Of a stretch of DNA of 50,089 bases, positions 34,696 through 43,600 are shown one piece after another (the stretch's first letter is position 1; the number at the start of each line of letters is the position of its first letter). The notes under the pieces were generated by a model. It saw only the letters and a list, made by a program, of their open reading frames with translations, ran no database searches and was not told the DNA's origin. Location of the stretch: assembly GCA_946623775.1 (NCBI GenBank), contig CAMORJ010000001.1, positions 1 through 50,089 of the forward strand, given 5' to 3'. Both the position numbers and the translations under genes were made by a program. Source of the stretch: an uncultured Bacillota bacterium (GTDB taxonomy: Bacteria; Bacillota_I; Bacilli_A; RFN20; CAG-826).

Positions 34696-34706
34696 AAACA
34701 ACACTA

Positions 34707-34738
34707 AGGGGCGTTCGTTCTTACGAGCGCCCTTTCTT
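34707..34738 (+). terminator. rpsB-tsf terminator
   Basis: A 9-bp stem GGGCGTTCG / CGAGCGCCC (one G-U pair), loop TTCTTA, followed by TTTCTT. Confidence 0.7.
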
Positions 34739-34774
34739 ATTAGTTAAATCGTGATTCGGCGGATGCAATTCAAA

Positions 34775-34803
34775 TTGGCGAAGGGCGTTCGCGTGTTTAT
34801 AAT
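34775..34803 (+). promoter_or_regulatory. pyrH-frr promoter
   Basis: TTGGCG (34775-80), a 17-nt spacer, then TATAAT (34798-34803). SD AAGGAG precedes the ATG at 34828. Confidence 0.55.
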
Positions 34804-34827
34804 ATGAATTACGAAAGAAGGAGTCAT

Positions 34828-35547
34828 ATGCACAGCATTTATAAGCGCATCATCATTAAGCTTTCTGGCGAGGCTTTGGCCGATTCCAAGAATTCGCAAA
34901 TTCTTGATAAAGAAAAACTCAGCGGTATCGCGAATGTCATCAAAATGATTCACGATGTGGGTGTTCAAGTTGGCATCGTCGTTGGCGCTGGCAACATTTG
35001 GAGAGGACGCATCGCCGATTCCATCGGCATTGAGCGCTCTACTGCCGACTACATGGGAATGCTTGGCACGATTATGAACGGCTTGGCCATCCAATCCGCG
35101 ATTGAAGAGAAGGGCGTTCGCTGCCGCGTCATGAGCGCCATCAACGTTCCTCAGGTTTGCGAACCGTACATTCGTCTCAAAGCAATCTCCCATTTGGAGA
35201 AGGGCATCGTCACAATCTTCGTTGGTGGAACGGGCAACCCATACTTCACCACCGATTCCAATGCGACTTTGAAAGCCTTGGATATCAACGCCGACGCCAT
35301 CCTGATGGCGAAAAACAGCGTTGACGGCGTCTATGACTCCGACCCGCGCGTCAACCCCAACGCCAAATTGATTGAATCCTTGACCTTCCATGAAGTCATC
35401 GAGAGAAAGCTCGGCATCATGGATTTGACTGCAGTTGCCATGCTGGAGGGAACCAACATCGTGATTCGCGTTTTCAATACTGCGGATACCAATAATTTCT
35501 ATAAGGTTCTAAGCGGCGAGAAAGTTGGTACAATTATTACGAAATAA
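34828..35547 (+). CDS. pyrH: UMP kinase
   Basis: YKRIIIKLSGEAL, GAGNIWRG and FVGGTGNPYFTTDS. Confidence 0.95.
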   Translation: MHSIYKRIIIKLSGEALADSKNSQILDKEKLSGIANVIKMIHDVGVQVGIVVGAGNIWRGRIADSIGIERSTADYMGMLGTIMNGLAIQSAIEEKGVRCRVMSAINVPQVCEPYIRLKAISHLEKGIVTIFVGGTGNPYFTTDSNATLKALDINADAILMAKNSVDGVYDSDPRVNPNAKLIESLTFHEVIERKLGIMDLTAVAMLEGTNIVIRVFNTADTNNFYKVLSGEKVGTIITK

Positions 35548-35568
35548 CAAGCACTGGAGGAAATATCA

Positions 35569-36114
35569 ATGGATGCTTACACAATCGAAGTAAAAGAAAA
35601 GTTCCAAAAGACGATCGATTCTTTGATCGCCTCGCTGAACAAATTGCGCTCTGCCCGCGCAAACCCGGCGATGCTAAATGGAATTCAATGCGACTATTAT
35701 GGCGAAAAGATGGATATTACCTCTTTGTGTTCTATTTCCATGCCTGAGCCGCGCCAGCTTCTCGTGAAGCCGTATTCCCGTGAAGACCTCAAGTCCATCG
35801 GTGCTGCTATCGCTGGCGCAAATCTTGGAATCAACCCGCAAATTGAGGCAGACTGCGTCCGTCTCATCATTCCGCCTCTAACCGAAGATACCCGTCGCGA
35901 GATTGCCAAGAAAGCAAAAGGCTTAGGCGAGGATGCAAAGGTTGCCATCCGCAACATTAGAAGGGATTACCTCGGGTTGCTGAAGGAAGATGACTCGATG
36001 TCCGACGATTACAAAGATCGCGTTGAAGACGAGATTCAGAAGGAAGTCGATCAGGCCACTGCCAAAGTTGAAGAAGTCATCAAGGCAAAAGTTAACGAAA
36101 TCATGACCATCTGA
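35569..36114 (+). CDS. frr: Ribosome recycling factor
   Basis: LRSARANPAMLNGIQCDYYG and IPPLTEDTRREIAKKAK. SD GGAGGA is present. Confidence 0.95.
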   Translation: MDAYTIEVKEKFQKTIDSLIASLNKLRSARANPAMLNGIQCDYYGEKMDITSLCSISMPEPRQLLVKPYSREDLKSIGAAIAGANLGINPQIEADCVRLIIPPLTEDTRREIAKKAKGLGEDAKVAIRNIRRDYLGLLKEDDSMSDDYKDRVEDEIQKEVDQATAKVEEVIKAKVNEIMTI

Positions 36115-36146
36115 TCGTGCTGATCTCAGCATTGGTTTCGATTATT

Positions 36147-36190
36147 AAACCCCGCAAATTCCTGGTATTTTCCAATAATTGCGGGGTTTT
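36147..36190 (+). terminator. frr terminator
   Basis: An 11-bp stem AAACCCCGCAA / TTGCGGGGTTT with a 21-nt loop and a T-run. Confidence 0.7.
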
Positions 36191-36310
36191 AGATTACTTG
36201 AACACACTGGATTGCGCGCCCATTCAACCATTCTCAACCACGCTTACCCCTTCTTAAAATTCGATGCAAATGAGACCCAACAGGGCTCGCGTATGCGCTA
36301 TAATGTGCGC

Positions 36311-37045
36311 ATGCCAAAAAAGAAACAGTTCCAATTAACCAAACCAATCCACCATGTTGCTTTCATTATGGATGGCAATGGAAGGTGGGCAAAGCTCCGC
36401 GGGCTTCCCCGTCATTTGGGACATCACGAAGCGTGCAACCGCATCATCGAAATCTTCGAAGTGTGCCGTAAGTTTAATATCCGAGTCATGTCTTTTTATG
36501 CGTTCTCCACCGAGAACTGGAATCGTCCTCAAGACGAGATTGATCACCTCATGGATTATCTTGAGGAGTTCTTCAACAAAGAGATTGATTACCTTTGTTC
36601 TGTCGGAGCCAGGCTGATGATCTCCGGCGACCTTTCCAGAATCCGTGAGCAAACCAGGAAAGTTTGCTATGACGCGTTAGAACGCACCAAGAACAACGAT
36701 TCGTGGATTCTAAATGTTTGCCTCAACTACGGTGGTCGCGATGAAATCGTTCGCGCGACAAAAGCGATTGCGCAAGAAGTGGTGGATGGCAAATTAAAGA
36801 TTGAAGATATTGACGAAGCACTGTTCGCGAATCATTTGTATACGGCTGGATTGCCTGACATTGATTTGATGATCCGCACTTCTGGCGAACAGCGTTTGTC
36901 CAATTACTTGCTTTACCAAAATGCATATTCCGAATTTGTTTTCACACCGGTGAAGTGGCCGGATTTTAAAGAAAAGGCTTTTGTCGATTGCTTGGAAGAA
37001 TTCCAAAGCAGGAATCGCCGCTTTGGAGGATTAAAGAATGAGTAA
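36311..37045 (+). CDS. uppS: Undecaprenyl-diphosphate synthase
   Basis: HVAFIMDGNGRWA, FSTENWNRP and RTSGEQRLSNYLLYQ. TATAAT (36299-36304) lies 6 nt before the ATG at 36311. Confidence 0.92.
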   Translation: MPKKKQFQLTKPIHHVAFIMDGNGRWAKLRGLPRHLGHHEACNRIIEIFEVCRKFNIRVMSFYAFSTENWNRPQDEIDHLMDYLEEFFNKEIDYLCSVGARLMISGDLSRIREQTRKVCYDALERTKNNDSWILNVCLNYGGRDEIVRATKAIAQEVVDGKLKIEDIDEALFANHLYTAGLPDIDLMIRTSGEQRLSNYLLYQNAYSEFVFTPVKWPDFKEKAFVDCLEEFQSRNRRFGGLKNE

Positions 37046-38075
37046 ACGGATTGTCCCCAATGAACTCGATGAAAAAAAGAAAGGCTCGATGATTGGCCGC
37101 CTAATCGTTAGTGCGGTTTTAATTGGAACGGCCTTGCCTTGCATCATTTTAGGTTCCTGGTTTTGGTTTGCTTTCGTTACGGTTTTCCTTCTTATCGCCA
37201 TTCATGAGCTTATCCATGTCACCAAAAAGAAATACAGCCCTTTCGTATACGTAGTCGTTTACTTGGCCGTCATATCGTTTGTTTATTGGTTCCTTATAAA
37301 AGGAAACGTTCAGGAATACAGAGAACTGAAACTCATCGGGCATGAAAGCCAATGGAAATTCTCATTGGAGAATTATTACCATTCCTTGTCCATATCCGTT
37401 TACGGAATCGGCACATTGTTCGGCGCCCTTTGTTTCCTTGCGATTATTGATAAGTCTTTTGATTGGACGGATGTCATCTATCTTTTCACGATGTCAATCA
37501 TCGTTGGATTGGGCTTCCAGGCCTTCCTTTTCATCCGTTATTTCCCCTTTGCCGCCTATGCTGCCGGCGATCCCAATTATGATCCGAATTGGCTGTTCAA
37601 ACTGTGGGGCAGCCTGGTTTTCCCGATTTTCGTAGTCCTCGGCACTTATTTGAATGACGCAGGTGCATATTTCATCGGCGTATTCTTCGGGAAACACAAA
37701 ATGAACCCCCGTATTTCCCCCAATAAAACCTGGGAAGGATTCTGGGGCGGAAAGATAATTGGTGGCGCGTTGACATTAACGTTTGCCCTGGTTTGCGATG
37801 GCTGCGGGTTCCCGTTGTTACCTTCCATGGTCGTATTTGGAGAGCACAGTGCGTGGTGGTGGGTTGTTCTTCTTTCCTTTGGAATGCCCTTCATCGCTGA
37901 TTTGGGCGACTTCACTTTCTCGCTTATCAAACGTTTTTATCAAATCAAAGATTATGGTTCGATACTCGGTCCTATGGGCGGAGTGCTTGACAGGGCTGAC
38001 AGCCTTAGCTTCGTGTGCATCTTCGCTTCGGTAATCGCCGTCTTCGTTTCTCAAGGGTGGAATATCTTTATATGA
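37038..38075 (+). CDS. cdsA: Phosphatidate cytidylyltransferase
   Basis: It is polytopic. The C-terminal signature region is FSLIKRFYQIKDYGSILGPMGGVLDRAD. SD GGAGGA is present. It overlaps uppS by 8 nt. Confidence 0.85.
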   Translation: MSKRIVPNELDEKKKGSMIGRLIVSAVLIGTALPCIILGSWFWFAFVTVFLLIAIHELIHVTKKKYSPFVYVVVYLAVISFVYWFLIKGNVQEYRELKLIGHESQWKFSLENYYHSLSISVYGIGTLFGALCFLAIIDKSFDWTDVIYLFTMSIIVGLGFQAFLFIRYFPFAAYAAGDPNYDPNWLFKLWGSLVFPIFVVLGTYLNDAGAYFIGVFFGKHKMNPRISPNKTWEGFWGGKIIGGALTLTFALVCDGCGFPLLPSMVVFGEHSAWWWVVLLSFGMPFIADLGDFTFSLIKRFYQIKDYGSILGPMGGVLDRADSLSFVCIFASVIAVFVSQGWNIFI

Positions 38076-39232
38076 GAAAAGTGCTCCTTCTTGGGGCGAG
38101 TGGTTCCATTGGCTCGCAAACCTTGGATATACTCAAAAAACATGGGAAGAGGTTTGAACTCGTAGGTTTTTCCGTTGGCAAAAGAGTCGAGACCGTCCCT
38201 TCCATTTTGGCGGCGTTTCCTTCGGTTAAGTGGATATGCGTCGGCGCAAGATGCGATGCAGAAAAACTCAAAATAGCTTACCCGTGCATCAGTTTTTATT
38301 CTGGTGATGAAGGCTTGTCGGAGATTGTTGGCAATGCGGATTGCGACATGGTAGTCAACGCCCTTGTGGGCTTTGCTGGACTTGTCCCTAGCGTTAAAGC
38401 GTTGCGCCTTGGCAAAATCCTTTGCCTTGCCAACAAAGAATCTCTGGTTGTCGGCGGAAGCCTTATCCGCGACCTTCTCAATAAAGGCTCGGGTTCGCTG
38501 ATTCCCATTGATTCAGAACACGTTGCCATTGATAAACTTCTTTCTCGCACTCCACGCGATCAAATAGAAAAAATCCTCATCACCGCTTCCGGCGGATCGT
38601 TCCGCGATAGGACCCGCGAATCCCTTTCCAACGTGACTCCGGAAGAAGCCTTGGCCCATCCGACATGGTCGATGGGCGCAAAGATCACCATTGATTCCGC
38701 GACGATGATGAACAAAGGCTTCGAAGTTATTGAGGCAAAATGGCTGTTTGATTATCCGCTTGAGGAAACGGAAATATTGATGCACCGCGAATCTATGGTT
38801 CATAGTGCATTGCGTTTGCAAGATGGTACGTTCGTGGCCGATGTATCGACGCCGGATATGCATGTTCCAATTGAATATGCGTTGATGGAACGCGACGTTG
38901 ATTTCGAGCTAAAACACGTACACGTCCTCAACGAATTGGGCTCTTATCATTTTGGAGAGTTTGATTCAGAACGTTATCCAGCAGTTGGTTTGGCCCTAGG
39001 CGCTTTTAAGCGCGGAGGCAATGCATGCGCGATCCTCAATGCCGCCAACGAGATTGCCGTGTATGCGTTCTTAGAGAAAAAGATTGGATTCCTCGATATC
39101 GAGGAGATTGTTTCGTCAGCGTTGGAAGGGGTGCCCTTCGTCCAAAATCCATCGCTCGACGATCTGATTTTGACAGACTTGCGCACAAGGCAGTTTGCCA
39201 ATGAAGAAATATGTAGGAGACACCCACAATGA
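38072..39232 (+). CDS. dxr: 1-deoxy-D-xylulose-5-phosphate reductoisomerase
   Basis: LLLGASGSIGSQTLD, LANKESLV, PIDSEH and HPTWSMG. ATGA overlap with cdsA. Confidence 0.93.
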   Translation: MRKVLLLGASGSIGSQTLDILKKHGKRFELVGFSVGKRVETVPSILAAFPSVKWICVGARCDAEKLKIAYPCISFYSGDEGLSEIVGNADCDMVVNALVGFAGLVPSVKALRLGKILCLANKESLVVGGSLIRDLLNKGSGSLIPIDSEHVAIDKLLSRTPRDQIEKILITASGGSFRDRTRESLSNVTPEEALAHPTWSMGAKITIDSATMMNKGFEVIEAKWLFDYPLEETEILMHRESMVHSALRLQDGTFVADVSTPDMHVPIEYALMERDVDFELKHVHVLNELGSYHFGEFDSERYPAVGLALGAFKRGGNACAILNAANEIAVYAFLEKKIGFLDIEEIVSSALEGVPFVQNPSLDDLILTDLRTRQFANEEICRRHPQ

Positions 39233-40608
39233 ATTTTGTAGATATTATTCTGGCGATTGTTGAGATCGTCGTAATTCTGGCCGTCTTGATATCTCTGCAC
39301 GAAGCAGGGCATCTCGCTGTGGCCAAAGCATTTAAAGTCTATTGTTTTGAATACTCCATCGGCTTTGGACCAAAACTCATCCACAAAAGGAGGAAAGGCG
39401 GAGAGACTTATTTCTCGCTTCGCGCTATTCCTTTAGGCGGATTTGTTTCGATGTACGGCGAAGATGGAGCGGTGCCGGATGGCTTTGAAGAACCTCCGAC
39501 CGAACGCTCCCTTCAGTCGAAACCGGCTTATCAAAAAGCCCTGATTCAGGTAGCCGGCGTTACCATCAACTTCATTTTAGGACTGATTTTAATCTTTATT
39601 TCTGACAGCTGCTTCCCGCAATTCTATTCCGCATATGGCAGGGATGTTGTCGTTACGGTCGGCGATCAGCAAGCGATTGCCAGCACCTATTTTGCTCCAG
39701 CAAGTTATGAAGGTGAGTTTTTAAGTTATTTGGAAGAGCATAAGGAAAGCGGTTATGAGGCAAAGGACTATGTCGTGTCTATGCCGGTCTCTGTTATGGA
39801 CGGTCAAGCCGTTATGATTTCGGACAATGTCACCATTTCTGGCGTCGATGGAATCTACTGCGCGATTTACTATCCGTCCACCTTGAAAAGCGAGCACTCC
39901 CTTGCTTCGTCAATTCGCTTGTATAAAGCATCCGAGGACCCCGTGCCTTCATATTTGGGCAAAATCGGCGTTGCTCATCTTCCTGATTCCTCATTGCTGA
40001 ACGAAGGGAAATATTATGACTTCAGCAACTCTGTTGACGGAACGAAAGTCAATGTGGAGATGAAACTTGTTCCGCTTCCAAATGAAGATGATTACACCTA
40101 TGGCGTGCAGATACAGGAACATTTGCTGCGCGTTGTGGCGGAGTTGGAAGTGAAGTCGAAAGCTTTGGCTGGCCCTTCTGTCAAATTCCAAGTCATCAAG
40201 CAGTGGCTGGGCTGGAATAGAGCTTGGAAACAATGGGCGTCCGACGTTCCTTATGCATGCGGGGCGATTGTAAAAGGCTTCATATCGTTGTTCACTCCTT
40301 CTGGCTTTAAGAACATCTCCGGCATTATCGGCATGACCGCTGCTTTGCCTCAAATCAGCGCGATTGGTGGTTGGGCTCGCATTTTCTTCTTTGCGGGTGT
40401 CATTTCCATCAACCTTGCTTTCTTCAATTTGCTGCCGTTCCCTGGCCTAGATGGCTGGGCGCTTGTCGTTACGGGCTACGAAAAGATTCGCCGCAAAAAG
40501 ATTTCGGCTAAGGTTCAAGGCATCGTTTCGATGATCGGCTATGCGCTTCTGGCGGCGTTGATGCTGGCGGTTACGGTAAAAGACATTATCCAATTGTTTA
40601 TAAAGTAG
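39229..40608 (+). CDS. rseP: Site-2 (M50) membrane metalloprotease RseP/RasP
   Basis: HEAGHLAVAK (HExxH) and FNLLPFPGLDG (NxxPxxxLDG). ATGA overlap with dxr. Confidence 0.88.
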   Translation: MNFVDIILAIVEIVVILAVLISLHEAGHLAVAKAFKVYCFEYSIGFGPKLIHKRRKGGETYFSLRAIPLGGFVSMYGEDGAVPDGFEEPPTERSLQSKPAYQKALIQVAGVTINFILGLILIFISDSCFPQFYSAYGRDVVVTVGDQQAIASTYFAPASYEGEFLSYLEEHKESGYEAKDYVVSMPVSVMDGQAVMISDNVTISGVDGIYCAIYYPSTLKSEHSLASSIRLYKASEDPVPSYLGKIGVAHLPDSSLLNEGKYYDFSNSVDGTKVNVEMKLVPLPNEDDYTYGVQIQEHLLRVVAELEVKSKALAGPSVKFQVIKQWLGWNRAWKQWASDVPYACGAIVKGFISLFTPSGFKNISGIIGMTAALPQISAIGGWARIFFFAGVISINLAFFNLLPFPGLDGWALVVTGYEKIRRKKISAKVQGIVSMIGYALLAALMLAVTVKDIIQLFIK

Positions 40609-40624
40609 TGGTCCGAGGTGTGTT

Positions 40625-43600
40625 ATGACGAAAAAGATGATTTCCTTTTTACAATCTATCGGGATTAGCAATCCTGAATCTTTCGATTTGGATTTCGTCT
40701 TGGTCGCCAGAAACGCATATAAAAAAGAACAAGTCGACATGGCCATCGAGAAGAGCACCCCTTGGGATTACGCTCTTCTTGAACAGTTCATTTCCGCTTT
40801 GGGAACCATCCGATATCCATACACGCTCCGCTTATCTTATGAGAATCAGCCAACCGAAGATGATGTTTATCGACTCTTCTTGGATTGGTACATGGCGCAT
40901 TACTATGCCTATCCGACTTACTTGGTTGGTATGGAACATGCGGGAAAACTTGTTTTGGGATTTGGCAGTCTTGAGGAAAAGAAAGCCGAAGAGAGAAAGG
41001 TTACCGAATTCGAATCCCTGTTGTCCTTTATCAATTACGATGTAGCGGTGGAACGTCAGATACCTGAGCCCGAGCCCGAACCCGTTGTAGAGGAAGACGT
41101 GGAGGATCTGCCCGATTTGACCTCTGAGAATAATGAAATCTCCATCAGCATGCCTGATTTAAACGAGTATCGTGCCGTACCGAACGAAAAACCCGAAGAG
41201 GAACGAGAGGAAGATCTTACTGCTGAAATGGCGGAAGAACCTGCGGCACCAGTCGCTGAACCCGCTCAGGAGCCAGACGAGCATTCGATTGAGGAGTTAG
41301 AGCCAGCCGAAGAAGCAGCGGAAGAGCAACAAACTGCGGAACCTGAGCCCCTTCAGGAAGCTTCGTTCGAAGACGCCGTAAGCGATGGCAATCAATTTGA
41401 GCCCGTATATTCGGAGGCCGAGGTGGAGGCTGAAGCTGCCCATGCGCCCGAAGAATCTGATGCCGAACCAGAAATCTCTTCTATCGAGCAGGCACGTGAA
41501 ATCATTGCCGCAGAACAGCAGGCCCAGGTTGAAGCGGGTGAAGCAGAGCTGATTGAAATCATGAAGCAAAACCTGGCGGCTTACGAAGAGGAAAAGAAAC
41601 GCCAAAGGGTTTGGAAGAAGGGCGATTATAAGATTATCGATTCCATTGAAGATATCTACGGCATGGAAGGCGAAAACGTGGACTTCGCCGGAATTGTTTT
41701 CGAAGCGAATTCAAGGCTGACCCGCAAAGGAAAAATGTCGGCAACCCTGGGGCTTGGCGATGCCAAAAGCGCAATCAATGCCAGGGTGTTTGAAAACGCA
41801 AGACTAACCGCTGCGTTCTTAGAAGGCATTAAACCAGGCCAACGCTTCCGTGTGCGCGGAGCGATTGACGAAGATCGCTTCAGCAACCAGAAAACCATCA
41901 TGGTACACTTCTTGGACTTGCTTCCTCCCGCCCCGCTTCGCGAAGACCCAGAAGAGGAAAAACGCGTTGAGCTTCACTTGCATACCAACATGTCCGTAAT
42001 GGACGCGTTGCCCGAGATGCTTGATTACTGCAAGCTGGCGAAAAACATGGGCATGAAGGCCATCGCCATCACTGACCATGGTGTTGTTCAAGGCTTTCCC
42101 GCCGCTCAGGATGCAGCCAAGAAAACGGGTTTGAAAATGATTTATGGCGTCGAGCTATACATGTTCGACATTGACCAGACTTACATCTTAAATCCCTGCA
42201 ATACTCCACTAAAAACTGCAAAGTACGTGGTTTTTGATACCGAAACAACCGGCCTTTCATCCCGCTATGACCGCATCATCGAATTCGGTGGAGTCATGGT
42301 TGAAGGAGGACGTGTCACAAAGACCTTGTCGCTTTTCATCGACCCCGAAATGCCATTGCCTCCAGACTCCGCCGAAGTCAACCATATCACCGAAGATGAT
42401 ATTAAAGGAGCGCCGACCTTCGCGGAGGCTTGGCCCAAAATCAAAGAGTTCCTCGGCGACAATATTCTCGTCGCCCATAACGCGACATTCGATGTCGGCT
42501 TCCTTAACGCTTCCTTAAAGCGCATCGGCCTAGAGCCAATCTCCAATCCGGTCATCGATACCTTGCCATTGTCGCGTTATTTGTTCCCTGAGGCTGGTCG
42601 TCATAATGAAGGCGCCTTGCTGAAAAACTTAGGGCTTAATGTTTACAACGAGCGCGAGGCCCACCGTGCGGAGTATGACGCCAGAGCATTAAGCGATGGC
42701 TGGCTCGAGATTATAGTAAGGCTCGAAAAAGAGCACCCTGATATCACTCATGCTGACCTAGCGGCGCTAAGCATCCCTCCCGCGGATCCAAACGATCCAG
42801 ATCCGGAGCATAAGAAAGTGGTGGAGGAACGTTATCATTCGTTCTGCCGCCATATGAGGGAGTATCACGCCACGGTTCTTGTCAAAAACCAGGCCGGTCT
42901 CAGCGATTTGTATCGCGTCATCAGCGAATCCCACGTTAAGTATTTCTCGCGTATTCCGCGCACTCCTCGATCTCTTTTGAACGCGAAGCGCGACAATTTC
43001 CTGATTGGCAGCGGCTGTTTTAATGGTGAGATTTTCGAACTCGCAATGACCCGCGAGATCGACGATTTGGCTAAGGCGATGGAATTCTACGATTACATTG
43101 AACTGCAGCCGGTTGAAAATTATTCCTACCTGATCGGAATGGGGAGAATCAGGGAAAAAGCCCATTTGATGGAAGTCCTATCCGATATCGTTGAAGCTGC
43201 TCGCATCGCAGGCAAACCTGTCGTTGCGACAGGCGATTGCCATTATTTGAATCCCGAAGACAAGATTCTCCGCGACGTTTTCATTCAGGCAAAGCCTGTC
43301 GGTGGCGGTGCCCACCCGATGAATCCGCCTGGACGCGCCAAAAAGCCACAGTTCGATAACCCTGATCAGCATTTCAGGTCGACCCGTGAGATGCTTGATT
43401 CATTCATGCAGTGGACCGACGAGGAGAGCGCTCGCGAATTCGTCATCAAAAACACGAATCTTATCGCTGATATGATTCAGGATGACATCATCCCGATTTC
43501 CGACGACCTATTCCCACCAAATGCCAACTTGCCCGACTCGGCGGAAAAGCTGAGCGAACTTTGCTACTCGAACTTCGAGAAGCGCTATGGCGGGAACAAC

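Noticed and set aside
33838-34704. A 288-aa minus-strand ORF that mirrors tsf almost exactly end to end. Similar mirrors exist for rpsB (32891-33760), pyrH (34744-35391), lemA (21701-22372) and rnhB (26595-27215).
   Set aside because: The striking full-length mirroring is explained by the absence of stop codons in the antisense frame of GC3-biased genes. The products are low-complexity and lack start signals. The plus-strand genes are unambiguous orthologues.
34706-34791. A direct repeat AAGGGGCGTTCG / AAGGGCGTTCG flanking the tsf-pyrH spacer.
   Set aside because: It is short and imperfect. One copy is simply the 5' arm of the tsf terminator, and there is no further evidence of a functional repeat.
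41057-41599. The extra ~180 aa in PolC, considered as an intein or inserted mobile domain.
   Set aside because: There are no intein splice-junction residues or blocks (no Cys/Ser at the N-junction, no His-Asn at the C-junction, no homing-endonuclease motifs). The segment is pure acidic low complexity, so it is reported as a disordered insert instead.
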